Assembly: GCA_017654855.1 (NCBI GenBank)
Contig: CM030333.1
Span: 2,852,001 to 2,916,000, forward strand
Origin: Podospora anserina
Lineage: Eukaryota
Reading direction: 5' to 3'
Length of the DNA stretch: 64,000 bases
The translations under genes and the position numbers were made by a program. Of the stretch, positions 25,067-36,758 are shown piece by piece. Below the pieces are notes generated by a model that saw nothing but the letters and a program-made list of their open reading frames with translations, was not told where the DNA came from and did no database searches. Each line of letters starts with the position of its first letter. The stretch's first letter is position 1.

Positions 25067-26878
25067 TCATCCAGAAGAACCAATCGTCACCCTCCAACCA
25101 CCCCACATCGCCACCCCCATGCTCACCATTATACACGCCATCTTCTCATACCACACTAATCCCCAGTGGATAGCCAACACCTTCGCCACAACCCCAGCCA
25201 CAATCCCCATCCAAACAATAAAGAACCCAAGATCAAACCACGCCTTCCTCATGCCGTCCCTCTTTGCCCGTTCCATATCCCCACTCGCCCTCATCGACGT
25301 CCCCCAGCCATCAGCTGCCATGGTCAGCATGCTGTAAATCTGCACCGCCGGCAACGGGACGTAGTAAAAGAACACACCCGGCACGATCCACCTCACATCT
25401 CTGAGCCTCAACCGGTGTGTGTTCCTCACAAAATTATACATGGTGCTAATCAAGATCCGAAAGACAAAGTCCATAACCGATATCTCAATCAACTGGTGCC
25501 CAGTAAAAAAGAACCACATCACCGCCAACGCTCCGATCGCCGGTCCAAACTCCCGCTTCACCATCCCGTAGAACAGAAGCGGATGACTGACGAGATAGAC
25601 CTTTGGCCTGAGAAGCGACTCGATATGCGTTGCCCTCGCCCAGCGGACTTGTTGTCTCAACCATCGAGACATTGTGGTAGGGGTGTCTGTTGCAGCCAGG
25701 ACATCGGAGGCAAAGATTACCTTCCATCCTCTGAGTAGTAAATTAGTGGTGAGATGCCTGTCTTCGTTGACAATCATCCGCTTGCCAAAGGCGATTTGCG
25801 TATACCACGGCACCAGGATCGCCGGAAGGGCAGACAGACGAAATGCGGTGCTGGGACCAGACTGGCAGTCACTTGTGCCGGTGCAAGCTGGTGTTGAGCG
25901 GGTGAGGTAGAGCTCGCCCCAGTAGACCGCTGAGGCGAGGTTTGTGACGGCGGTTTCTCTGTTGTTGTGGACGACAAGCCCGGAGGAGGCACCGCCTGCT
26001 TTGAGGTCAGAAGCGATGGTGTTGATTGTTTTCTCTAAGGAATCTGGAAAGACGATGGTGTCTGAGTCGGAGGACCAGAGGTACTCGATGCCGAGGATGT
26101 CTGAGATGACAAGTGCAAAGACGTAGGCTGTGAACATTATTCCCTTTTTGTGCATATGGCGTTGCTTCAGACAGAGATGTTTGATACCCTTGGGACCGCC
26201 AATGGTCAGGTCATGTTGTCGAAGGATCGATCGGGCTAGGTCGAGACAAGCTTGCATGGAAATGGCATTTGCTTCGTCTTCGTTGACAGGAATTCCGTTT
26301 TGACGCTGGAGAGCCATGGTTTTGGCACGGATGCGTTCAGCAATCTCACCCAAGGGCTCTGGGATCTGGATGACGGTGGAGTTCTCGGGAAAGACTTGGC
26401 AGAAGACGTTGACCATGTCTTGGTCTTCTGCCTCGTCGCCGTCGATGCCTGCAAGGAAGAAGGTACATGTCTTGGCTGACTTGTAGCTTTGCAGTGCCCG
26501 GGCATAGAGCGATGGATCCTCACGCCAGCCAACAACTGCCGCCATACAGTCCGCGTTGGGGAGGCATGGTTGAGCTTCCAAGTGACGACCGCTCCATTCT
26601 TTCTTTTCGTCCAAGTGTTGGTCGAAGCTCGGTGTATGCAGGGAACGAGCAAAGTCTTGTCGACGTCCTTCGACGATATAACGGTTGATTTCTGTGAGAG
26701 CGATAGTGATGACGATGTCTAGCGTTACGGGGTAGCGACTGTGGACTGTTGAGAAGTAGTAGATGGGTAGGGATAATAGGCAACCCAAAATATTCAGAAG
26801 TAAACGAGAGGCTGAAGGGGGATGGCCTTGCACCACTGGCTCCCGGAAGTCGTCGTTCTTCTCCTTTGGTGACATCAT
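25067..26878 (-). CDS. Processive membrane glycosyltransferase family 2 (hyaluronan/NodC/chitin-synthase-like)
   Basis: Two N-terminal TM segments, IDGD, KKG, SDSDT (DxD), QSGP, NEDRHLT, QQVRW (QxxRW), several C-terminal TM helices and WGT. Single coding exon; start taken at first ATG. Confidence 0.9.
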   Translation of the reverse strand: MMSPKEKNDDFREPVVQGHPPSASRLLLNILGCLLSLPIYYFSTVHSRYPVTLDIVITIALTEINRYIVEGRRQDFARSLHTPSFDQHLDEKKEWSGRHLEAQPCLPNADCMAAVVGWREDPSLYARALQSYKSAKTCTFFLAGIDGDEAEDQDMVNVFCQVFPENSTVIQIPEPLGEIAERIRAKTMALQRQNGIPVNEDEANAISMQACLDLARSILRQHDLTIGGPKGIKHLCLKQRHMHKKGIMFTAYVFALVISDILGIEYLWSSDSDTIVFPDSLEKTINTIASDLKAGGASSGLVVHNNRETAVTNLASAVYWGELYLTRSTPACTGTSDCQSGPSTAFRLSALPAILVPWYTQIAFGKRMIVNEDRHLTTNLLLRGWKVIFASDVLAATDTPTTMSRWLRQQVRWARATHIESLLRPKVYLVSHPLLFYGMVKREFGPAIGALAVMWFFFTGHQLIEISVMDFVFRILISTMYNFVRNTHRLRLRDVRWIVPGVFFYYVPLPAVQIYSMLTMAADGWGTSMRASGDMERAKRDGMRKAWFDLGFFIVWMGIVAGVVAKVLAIHWGLVWYEKMACIMVSMGVAMWGGWRVTIGSSG

Positions 26879-28190
26879 TGGATCGTCAAAGCGAGTGATG
26901 CTGGCCAACAAGAACTCCTGAAAGAAGATGTGTATCGTGAACAGACCAGGCTGGTCAGAAGACGGAGGGGATAGCAGTACAAAAGGGAGAGAGCATAGGC
27001 ATATCTCTACATCTAAGCTGTGACTTACCGTGTCACACCGTAGAGGCCAGCTCGTATGCCTGCCTGGAATCCGACTTCGGCTTCCCCTCTTCAGATGACA
27101 GAATCTGTACAGACCCCGTAGCTGGTGACCCGGGAAGCCATCGTGGTCGTCAAATTAGGACTTGCCCGGTGTGTGAGCAAGTGGCGGCTCTGGAGGCTGC
27201 AACGTCCCATTCAGCCAAGATTTCCTATGTGGCTTCACGCGGCTGGTTTGCGTCGTATCCATCAACCTATCGGTAAGGCCTTTTGCTGCGCCTTATTCCA
27301 ATGAGCCGCCCTCCGAAGAGTGTGCTTCCAGCCCTTCTTGAAATCGGCGAATCCAAGAGCTGGCTGCTTTGTGCACCTACAGCTTTTACTGTATGTCTCG
27401 TACGTTGTGGAGGCTGTGGGCACGAGTGGGAGTCTGTCCAAAGGTTGCTCGGTATCCAATTGTCGGGTATTGAGACATTGAACAAAGAGGCAAATAGAGC
27501 ATTGTGGTATGGCGGTCTATTTTTCCAGAAGAGCATCGTGACAGTGTCCGGTGGAAAAGAGCGTTCCAGTTTGCGCCACACAATTATTGTGGGACCGAGG
27601 ACGACCTCTCAGTGCTCCCGGCTCAGCCCATAGGGCATTTAGGGCATGTTACATTGGGGAGCACAGCGCATTTAGCCGCAGTTGCACGCCGAACCCTCGG
27701 CGCACTCAACTTGTAGAACCAACAGCCCATGAGCACGGTCATTCGTCTGGGATCTTGATCTTGAATCCTGGTGAGTCAGAACTTTGTCTCAACCTTATGC
27801 TTATATGGCAAGCTAACCATCATCAGATCTCAAGGTTGTATTCGGATCATGTCCTGAGCCTTTATGCGGGCTGCGCCGTAGAGTCAACTTCAACATGATC
27901 CTCGGAATCCCGACCAAGAGTCGCTCGCCGCCTATTCGCTTCGAGTCTTTGTGCAACACGTCGTATCGGGGTCACAGCCTCCACAAAAAGGTCGGTGTAT
28001 GGGGACATTCAGCTCACTCGAAGCTGCTTGGGAGCGCCATGGATGCCTTGGTTGGTCCTGGTCCAAAGACTTTAGACTAAATATTACTTCGACTGATCTT
28101 GAGTTCACCGCCTAGAGGCTTTTAACGAGAACCCAGTTTTTTCTGTTTGTCCAATTTCAACATCCAAACCTACGTTACTGAACCAGCATC

Positions 28191-29687
28191 ATGGTTGTGA
28201 CATACAGGAACAACCGGCTGGTGCCAGCTATCGTGATATCAGCGTGCCTCTGGGGTATCTATCATCTTGTCGATGTCAAAATTCCAAACGAAAGCTATCA
28301 TAGCGTCATACTTCCAGACTGGAGAACGCCACCATCACAAGTCGGTCATGATGTCGACCTTGATCCCCATTCACATCCAACCATCACGGCATGGTCACCA
28401 CCACCACCAGCAGTTCAAACTCCTGATCCGACAAAGAGCCCAAATGGCAAGCCCAAAGACAGTACCCTGGCACCAGAAAACGTCCTCTTGATCATGAAAA
28501 CGGGCTACACGTCTCTTTGGAAACGTCTTCTAATCCACCTCACCACCTCCCTCTCCCCAGACCGCATCCCCCAATCCAACTCGGTCATCTACTCCGACGC
28601 CCCCTCCACCATCGGCACCTTCAACATCATCGACGCCCTAGAAAACACCACCCACACCCTCAAATCGAACCATCCCGACTTCGAAATCTATCGCCAACAA
28701 CCGCTCTACGACAGCCACAACGCCTACGTCGAAGCAGCGGGTATAGAAGGCGACAACTTTGGCCCCGCGGGTGGTTGGATCATCGACAAGTACAAGTTCG
28801 TCCCGTTGATGCAACACGCTGGGAGGAACTACCCCAACGCGAAGTGGTATATCTACATGGAAGACGACACTTATCTCTTCCTCACTAACATCCTTGCCTA
28901 CCTGTCCAAGTATGACTGGAGGAAGTCGCATTACCTGGGCAGCTTCGCCGGGAAGTCGGACGTAATTTTCGCCCATGGCGGTGCGGGCTTTGTCATCTCC
29001 CGCGGAGCGTGGGAGAGGTCCTTTGGGCAAAACGACAAGATGGCCGCGGATTACGAAGAATACACGGCCGCCCACTGCTGCGGTGATCAAGTCCTGGGTC
29101 ACGCGCTCAACAAATACGGGGTCAAATTCGGGGAGAATAATGGAGACGAAAGGTTCACCTGGGGCTTCAACCCTGTTGTGCACTGGCGATTTGGATTTGA
29201 GAAGTGGAATTGGTGCGAGCCGTTGCTGAGCTGGCATAAAGTCCATTCAAGAGATGTGGCGAGATATTACCAGTTGGAACAGGAGTGGGATTTTGAGAAA
29301 GACGGGCCGATCAGACATGGGGACTTTGCGGAACGGGTCATCCTTCCTGAGTTGAGGGCACGGAATAATAGGGCGGAGTGGTGGGATAATATGTCGGGGG
29401 GGTGGCAGGTTAGTTCGGGGAATAAGAATGATCCTCCTGGGCCGGAGGGGAAGGGGTATGATGAGGGGAAGTGGAAGAAGGCCTGGGAGTCGGTGGGGGA
29501 TTGTGAGGAGGCTTGCAAGTCGTGGGGGGATTGTGTTCAGTGGAGCTGGGTGGAGGATTTGTGTAAGATGGATAATAAGTTCATGATGGGGCAGGGGTAT
29601 GCGCCGGCTATGATGGAGAGGAAGACGGCGTTAAAGAGGACTAGTGGGTGGTTGACGGATAGATTGGAGGGCTGGAAATGTGCATAG
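28191..29687 (+). CDS. Glycosyltransferase family 31 (Fringe/core-1 galactosyltransferase-like) with Cys-rich C-terminal domain
   Basis: Type II anchor, LLIMKTG, GWIIDKYKF, KWYIYMEDDTY (DxD), FAHGGAGFVISR, CCGD..LG, LSWHK, and C-terminal CEEAC..CVQW..C..SGW. Confidence 0.9.
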   Translation: MVVTYRNNRLVPAIVISACLWGIYHLVDVKIPNESYHSVILPDWRTPPSQVGHDVDLDPHSHPTITAWSPPPPAVQTPDPTKSPNGKPKDSTLAPENVLLIMKTGYTSLWKRLLIHLTTSLSPDRIPQSNSVIYSDAPSTIGTFNIIDALENTTHTLKSNHPDFEIYRQQPLYDSHNAYVEAAGIEGDNFGPAGGWIIDKYKFVPLMQHAGRNYPNAKWYIYMEDDTYLFLTNILAYLSKYDWRKSHYLGSFAGKSDVIFAHGGAGFVISRGAWERSFGQNDKMAADYEEYTAAHCCGDQVLGHALNKYGVKFGENNGDERFTWGFNPVVHWRFGFEKWNWCEPLLSWHKVHSRDVARYYQLEQEWDFEKDGPIRHGDFAERVILPELRARNNRAEWWDNMSGGWQVSSGNKNDPPGPEGKGYDEGKWKKAWESVGDCEEACKSWGDCVQWSWVEDLCKMDNKFMMGQGYAPAMMERKTALKRTSGWLTDRLEGWKCA

Positions 29688-30215
29688 GTTGTTAAAAAGC
29701 CGCTGTTTTCTTTACTTTAGGAATTATTTGAGAGAATCATATACAGTAAGCGTATCGACCTCAGATCTGTTCTTGAACCCTCTGACATTCCTCTTGTATT
29801 GGTGTCATAGGTCACTGCCGCTGTTCCACAAACGCTTATGGGCCCGTAATGCAACGCCTACCTAGGTAGCTCGTGTTACTCAGAGCAGATTCCGGGTCAA
29901 TCCTTTAGATGGACCTAACGCAATTCTAGAAGGGACAAGGTTCCAACGATGATTTCTGTGTTACACAAGGATGAAATATGACCGGTGATTGCTGTCTCAG
30001 CAGTGACACAGAGTCAAACTGCGTTGTAGTGTATGTTGGATTAATCAATTATTTAATATAGCCGCCACGAGGTTCGGCAATAGCAGATTATGTCTGCTAC
30101 GCCTCCCCAAACAGTGCTGTCTATAAAGAGACGCTATCATCCCGTTGATTCCATAATTAGTCTAGAGCTTGGCCTTGACATTTCGCTAGCCAGTTAGCCT
30201 TCCTCGATGATCATC

Positions 30216-30705
30216 ATGAAGCTCCTCCTCACGATCACCGGCCTCGCAGCCCTTTCCACCGCAACACCAACCTCGCCTTCCACACCAACTGGCCGCATTA
30301 AGGACCCCTGGGGAGACTTGATGACCATCCTGGGCTTCTACCAACATCCCGAATGCAGCCATGAAGACCCTTACTGGTACATGACCACCAGGCTCGGCAC
30401 GTTCCTAGCCGTAATGGACGAGACGGAAGGCTGCCAGAATGTGCCGGACGTATGGGGCGATGTGAGAGTCATCAAAGTGGAGCGTCAAGATAGGAAGTGC
30501 AAAGGTAAGCCGCTATTTACGGCCTCTGTCATCTCAAGTGCGGCACAGAGGTAATTTACATGCCCGGTTTTCAGTAACGGTGTATACCAACCCCGATTGC
30601 AATCCTGCCAGCGGAAGCGGGATCCCTATTCCAGAGGAGACTTGTGTTCCCTCCGAGCCGGAAAAGACTTGGAAGAGTTTCGCTATCAGAGGCTGTTTGG
30701 ATTGA
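30216..30705 (+). CDS. Small secreted Cys-rich protein, paralogue A (about 139 aa)
   Basis: TATAAA near 30122, signal MKLLLTITGLAALSTA, intron at about 30504-30574, six Cys in the mature part, ends WKSFAIRGCLD*. Confidence 0.8.
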
Positions 30706-31302
30706 GGAACATGTGGCTTGGTTACCAGGGTGGCCTTCAGAGAATGTTTATACACAGACAATGTATGAATCTGCGTTACACCTGATGTCGAATAGGCAAG
30801 AACGACATTGAAAACAAGCTCCAGGCCCCCAACGTAGTCGCACAGGTCTTCATGATTCACCATTGATGGATGCAGACAAGTCCTGCTTTCGGTCTACATA
30901 CGGACCGCGAATGTAACCTTTAACCGACTCGTTTCGCCCAGACTTTCTTCCGGCTGAATCCTTCAAGGGGACCCAAGCACGTTCTAACATGAACGAAGCT
31001 TGAATCTGATATGTAGGTAGGTAGCATCTCCATGTCAACCAACTACCCTAAGTGGCTGATGACCAATTCTGTAACGGAGGGAGAGCCTAGAATGGAAGAG
31101 TGTGTTGTAGCTGGTATCCTGAGAGCTGTCTATTTTTAACATAAGCCCCTCACAAACATCCCGTCGGCGTTTTGCACAATGTCCATGCTAACAATGACCA
31201 GAGGCAGCGCCGATCATAAATAGAGAATTCTGCCCCTTCCATACCATGAAATTCACAATCAGGCAGCGTTCACAAATAGCAAAGTTATTCATCTCATTCA
31301 GC

Positions 31303-31813
31303 ATGAAGTGTCTCCTCGCAATCACTGGCTTTGCAGCCCTCGCGATAGCAACACCAACTCTGCCACGGGCACCAACGCCAACAGGTCAAGTCCCCTCTCC
31401 ACCAACAGTGGCCCAGCTTGGCTTCTACCAGAACCCATCGTGCAGCCATACAGGCACATACTGGTACTTTACCTACTGGCGCTCACAGTACGAGGCTCTG
31501 CTGGAGCAAACTGGCGGCTGCCAGAATGTATCTGAGCCAATGGGGGGCTACGCGACGGCCATTCAAGTGGAGCGTCAGGTTGTGGAGAACTGCAAAGGTA
31601 TTTTTATTCTCTTCTGTCGCTCGCATCTCCAACCTGCGAAAGGTTCCGCACTAGGTACCGTAACTAATGCGGTTTTCAGTAACACTGTATTCCAGCAAGG
31701 ACTGCGATCTTGCCAGTGAAGCCGTCGTTGCGATTCCCGGGCCGATGGTTTGCGTTCCTGCCAAACAGGGCAGATCTTGGAACAGTTATTCGATCAGAGA
31801 ATGCTCGGATTGA
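31303..31813 (+). CDS. Small secreted Cys-rich protein, paralogue B (about 142 aa)
   Basis: Signal MKCLLAITGFAALAIA, intron at about 31598-31679 in the same position as paralogue A, six matching Cys, ends WNSYSIRECSD*. Confidence 0.8.
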
Positions 31814-32236
31814 GAAGGACTTTTTTCTTCGTGGATTCAGGGGGTGGCTTCAGGGGTTGAAAAGGGGGGCTCATAGTGGGGCCATCAAGCCATGATGACA
31901 TGACGTCAGGCTCGTCTTGAGATGTCTGTCTCTAATATTCCGTTCGCCATTGTCAAATTGTCAAAACGGAGTTTACAGTCTTTGGATGTCGAAAAGGTTC
32001 TTTTTAACTCCACTCGAAATGTTCTAACGCCGATGATGATGCCGTGAGATTTTGATTTGTCACAATCGGACCTGAATCCACCCGCTTGCTCGGTTCTACA
32101 TATTTGGCTCTCCCCGCTTTTCTTCTTCTTTCCAGTACTGTTAATGTGACGTTTGTTGATATCATCATCTGAGAAATTTGCATACAACAACTTATCAACA
32201 CCGTTCTGCTTGAAATATTAGAGAATATCGTTCAAA

Positions 32237-33359
32237 ATGACCGCCGGCAAGAAATGGATTCTCACAGGCCAGGAAGGTTATGATACCTCCCTTCAACTGG
32301 TCGACTCGGACATTTCGACCGACCAGCTGGGACCGGATGACGTGCTAGTCCAGCTTCAAGCTGCCAGTCTCAACTATCGTGATTTGGTCATTGCCAAAAG
32401 CGATGTTAGTTTTCGCTCCCAAACACCACCGCGTAAAGTCAACACTAACTTCCTGACAGGGCGGAGTAGCCGGCTCCATCACCCCTAACGTCGTCCCTGG
32501 CTCCGACGGCGCTGGCATGGTCGTCGCCGTTGGGTCCTCCGTGACTGGTCTCGGCCCAGGCGACAGAGTCATCACTTACCTCGCCCCAACCCTCCCACCA
32601 TCAGATGAAACCGCCCTCCCAGGCGCCGCCGAGATCTTCGCTGGTCTTGGGCAGAGGGTGGACGGTACCCTCGCCAACCAGATGCTCATCACCCAGCATG
32701 GCGTCATCAAGGGCCCTTCCAACCTGACGCCCGTCCAAGCCGCTACACTGACCTGCAGCGGTTTGACAGCCTGGAACGCCCTCTTTGGAGTCTCTGGGAG
32801 AGAGATCAAAAAGGGTGACTGGGTTCTTGTTCAGGGAACTGGCGGTGTTAGCATCGCCGCTTTGCAGTTTGCTGTTGCTGTTGGGGCGAATGTCATTGCT
32901 ACTACTTCTTCTGAAGAGAAGGCGGAGAGGCTGAAGGAGTTGGGGGCGAGGCATGTCATTAACTATAAGGAGACAGAAGACTGGGGTGAGGCGGCCAAGA
33001 AGTACACTCCTGGTGAGAAGGGCGTGGATATGGTGGTGGATGTTGCTGGAAACTCTTCTTTGGTGCAGTCGCTGGCGGCTGTGAGGACAGATGGGATTAT
33101 TTGCTTGGTTGGATTGCTTGGCAAGTTCGATGCTGGTACAATCCCGATGATGTCTGCGCTCTGGAGGCCTTGTATCGTCCGGGGTGTGCTGTTGGGTAGC
33201 AGGAAGCAGTACAGGAATTTGGTCCGGTTTGTGGAGGAGAAGGCGGTTGTGCCGGTGATGGATGATGTCGTGTTCGGGTTAGAAGACGTCAAGGAGGCGT
33301 ACAAGAGGATGGAGGAGCAGAAGCATTTTAGCAAGATTGTTATCAAGATTGAGGAGTAG
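32237..33359 (+). CDS. Zinc-type alcohol dehydrogenase-like medium-chain reductase (MDR)
   Basis: AASLNYRD, VPGSDGAG, AATLTCSGLTAWNAL, VQGTGGVS, HFSKIVI; one short intron near 32400-32460. Confidence 0.9.
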
Positions 33360-33981
33360 TACTTGGGTACCTATAGAGTTGTTATCTGAATCTACCTACA
33401 ACGAACATTGCTGAATGTTGTTGGTTTGGCAATTTCCCGATGGATTGCGAAGCTGAAGCCGGCATGCGTGATCCGAAAGTGTAAATCGCATGGGTGTCGT
33501 GGTGTAGTCCGAGGGCTCGGGTTAGAAAACAAGGTCAGCAGAAAAAGCTAACCCAGTTTTGCAGGTGAAGCCTAACGCCAAGTGAACAGAGTTGTATTCA
33601 CACAGCGTCTAAGTGGCCTACCATCAAGACAACCAGACCAGCACTTTCGAAGGATTTTGGTTCAACCAGGAACTGAAAGCTGTCGCCCTATGCTCAGCTT
33701 CCCCAGAGACGTCGGTGAGGCTGCCTGAGCATCATGGTCACTGATATCATCGTCATAGCCTCACATTGATACATCAAAATGGACTAGAGCTTCTTGGCTT
33801 CTTCATCGGTGAAGAGACTCGAAACCACGTTGGTCAAGTATAAAGATCAATAGACCATCCCGCCATCAACCATCTTCTTCTTCACCATCAAACAAAGACT
33901 TTCTATCACTGCAAAGCATCATCGCATCGTTACCAACACTTCTTCTCTAAGTCTGCAATCTCAGCAATTCATCTCTTCACC

Positions 33982-34641
33982 ATGAAGCTCCAATCCCTCT
34001 GCGCCATCACCCTCGCCACCCTCACCCCCCTCGTCACCGCCAACTTCGACATCTACATGGCCGAAGAAAAGACCACCGTCGGGGGGCCCCAGGTCTGGCC
34101 CATGTGGCACATCTTCGACACCGATCCCACCTGCGACGACCTTGCCGAAAACCCCAACTACCTCGGCAGCGACGACGTCTCTGGCAACAAAGTCGGCGTC
34201 CGCTGCGATTCTTCCTCCGATCCCTTCAACTGCGCTGTCCAGCACTACCCCGCTGACGGCATTGACGTTCTCGAGATGAACTTCCACAGTGACCCCCCTG
34301 TGTACCACTGGAGTAAGTGTGGTCCTTCCCCCCATAGGTAGCAACGGTGATAGAAAACAGAGGCTTACATGACGATGGTAGCTATTTACAAGGATCGCAA
34401 CTATGACATGTACGGTCTTGATGGGAATGTCTATGGGAACTGCTTCCCCTTTCCTGGGTTTGAGTACGAGTGCGGCGATCCTATCCTTGGCGGGTTTACT
34501 GGTACGCGCAAGTTTAGGTGCTTGACCGAGTTTACGGCTGCGCAGATCAAGGCTGCTTGGGGTACCAAGAGGAGTGTTCCGTTTACTTTGAAGGAGGCGG
34601 AGGGGGTGAAGGGTCGGAAGGTGCAGAAGTGGGAGGCTTGA
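33982..34641 (+). CDS. Small secreted Cys-containing protein
   Basis: TATAAA near 33840, signal MKLQSLCAITLATLTPLVTA, NFDIY..YHW|TIYKDR..GNC..GTRKFRC; intron at about 34313-34381. Confidence 0.82.
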
Positions 34642-35020
34642 AGGACTGTTTCGGCTGTCGTTGCTTTTCTGCTTTTTCGAAGGGGTTGAAAGACTTGGAA
34701 GGGGAGGATCGTCTGTTGATTGGTGTTTGAGTATTTGACTTTTTGATGGGGACTTTTCATTCTTTTTTGTTTCTGATATTGGCTGCTGTTTCTTGATTTA
34801 CACGTTTCTTACCTCCATAGTGGAAATAACTGGTTATCAGACCACAGGTACTGGTATTAAGTAGGTATTCAAACGTTTGGCTTCATAACTGTGTGGTCAG
34901 AACTATCGAATGTGCAATACCAACCACAAACTTCCCAGACCAAGACAATCCTCTGTTCAAATACTGGAATCTTACCTAGCAAGCTGCGAACTGAGTAACT
35001 GGCAGTCCAAAAAGTATGAA

Positions 35021-35760
35021 GCATACCTCGAAAGATAATTAATAGGCCTTAAAAAATAATTCGCAGGCCTCAAAAATCCTTAATAGGCCTCAAACAACAG
35101 CCGAAAGGCCTCAGAAGATAGTAGGTAGGTTTGAAAGGATAGTTAGGAGCCCTGTAAAGAGAGTGAAGATGCCTATTGGCTTTTCCACATGGCATAAGTT
35201 AATATTTATCATGCCTATAACTGACTTGCAGCACCATATATCCTGTCCACGACATGCCTAGTTGATGCTAGGAGCCCTGAAAAGACAGGAAAAGGGCTAT
35301 TTGCATTTTCGAAAGGTATAAGTTGATAGTTCTCATGCCTCTAACTAACTTGCAGCACCATGAATCCTGTCCACGACATCCCTAGTTGATGAACTGCTCA
35401 GAATCCTCTCCCCACGACCTCCGGCCCCCTTTCTGGCCATGTACGCCCCCCCGGCCAACCAAGTCCCATCCTCCTTTCTGATAGCTTTGGTCACCATGTC
35501 CTGAGCCCAAACACGCTCTTTCCGCCCCTCAGCGTTCAGCGCTGATCATTGAGATGGAGGCAGAGAGGGCACGGGAGTCTAAGCAGAGGCTAGACGAAGA
35601 AGAAAAGAACAAGGAGGCTGAACAGGCCAGCAAAGAAGAGCAGTCGCGAAAGGCAGAGGAGGCCGGCCAGACGAGGGTGGAATCAGTGTCAGAGAAAGAG
35701 CCACTCGCTGCCAACCGATACCATTCCCAAGACTCAGCCGACTACGGACATCCAGTCTGA
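35021..35760 (+). pseudogene. Degraded coiled-coil/heptad-repeat gene relic with RIP-like stop codons
   Basis: About seven 21-bp units (xGLKxQL-like) with TAA/TAG where one unit keeps CAG, followed by a 125-bp duplication and a charged helical ORF remnant (35554-35760). Confidence 0.55.
35144..35391 (+). repeat. Imperfect tandem duplication of about 125 bp (35144-35268 and 35269-35391)
   Basis: Both copies start TAGGAGCCCTG and share CATGCCT, ACTTGCAGCACCAT, ATCCTGTCCACGACAT and CCTAGTTGATG. Confidence 0.88.
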
Positions 35761-35943
35761 CATCCAATCAGACGTCTTGAAGGGCGCAATAACTCCAGGA
35801 CCTCGTCAATCCAGACACCGAGCGGTGGAATATGTCAATGGCTTGGTCAAATCATTCAGCAGCACAAAGAAGAAAATCAAGCATGTGATGGGGTCATGAG
35901 TTCGACATTCATAGAGACAGTTCCATCAATATATCCTCCCCCT

Positions 35944-36758
35944 TTACCACCCCTCAATCCTCCCCGTATACTCCACCAACCTACCCCCCTCCCTCTCCCT
36001 CGTCGCCCCATTCACCACCCCAAAAACCCCATCAACCGACTCCTCAATCTCCAAATTCGCCTGCTCCAGCCCAAAAGAACGCGCACCATGATTCCCCATC
36101 TCAGTCCTTACCCACCCCGGGTCAATAATAAAAGTAACCAACCACTCCTCCTCCTGATGAAGCTTCATCCCGTACCAGTTCAACATCGTCTTCGTCGGCG
36201 CATACGCCGCGCTCGGGATAGCCAATCCACCCTCCAACAAACCTGCTCCTGACCCCATGAACGCATAGATCGGTTTCTTCTCCGGGGTTGTTTCCTTAGC
36301 AGCGAGGAGCAACTCCCGAGTGGCTTGGAACAGGGAGACAGGGCCGAGAACGTTAACCTCAAAGTGCTCCCTGATGTCGGCGGGGTTGACGTCCTTGATG
36401 AGGGGGTAGATCTTCGCGATGCCGGCGTTGGCGATGACGGTGTTGAGGTAGGTTATTTTGTGGTCGTTGACGAGAATTTTCACTGCCTCGGCGGCGGAGT
36501 CCCACACCGAGGCGTCGTATGGGATGAGAATGACGTTGGTGGACGAGTCTCTTTTCAGGGTCTTCAAGGCTTGGGAGCTGGGGGAGGAGGGATTGCGGAC
36601 GAAGGCGATGACATTCTGTTGTCGTTGTTAGTGGCTGACTACAGAAAAATAAAGAGGGAAATGCGTACATGGTCGGGGAGCTGGAGGTATTTCTTGACGA
36701 GGCCGAGACCAAGACCACGGTTGGCGCCAGTGATGAGGAAGTTGGTGGGTGGTGACAT
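35944..36758 (-). CDS. Short-chain dehydrogenase, Nor-1/norsolorinic acid ketoreductase-like family
   Basis: LITGANRGLG, IANAGI, catalytic YAPTK, IDPGWVRTEMG; one intron at about 36617-36668. Confidence 0.88.

Noticed and set aside
33492..33570. GGTGTCGTGGTGTAGT resembles a tRNA 5' end
   Set aside because: No T-loop GTTCRA and no matching acceptor stem downstream.
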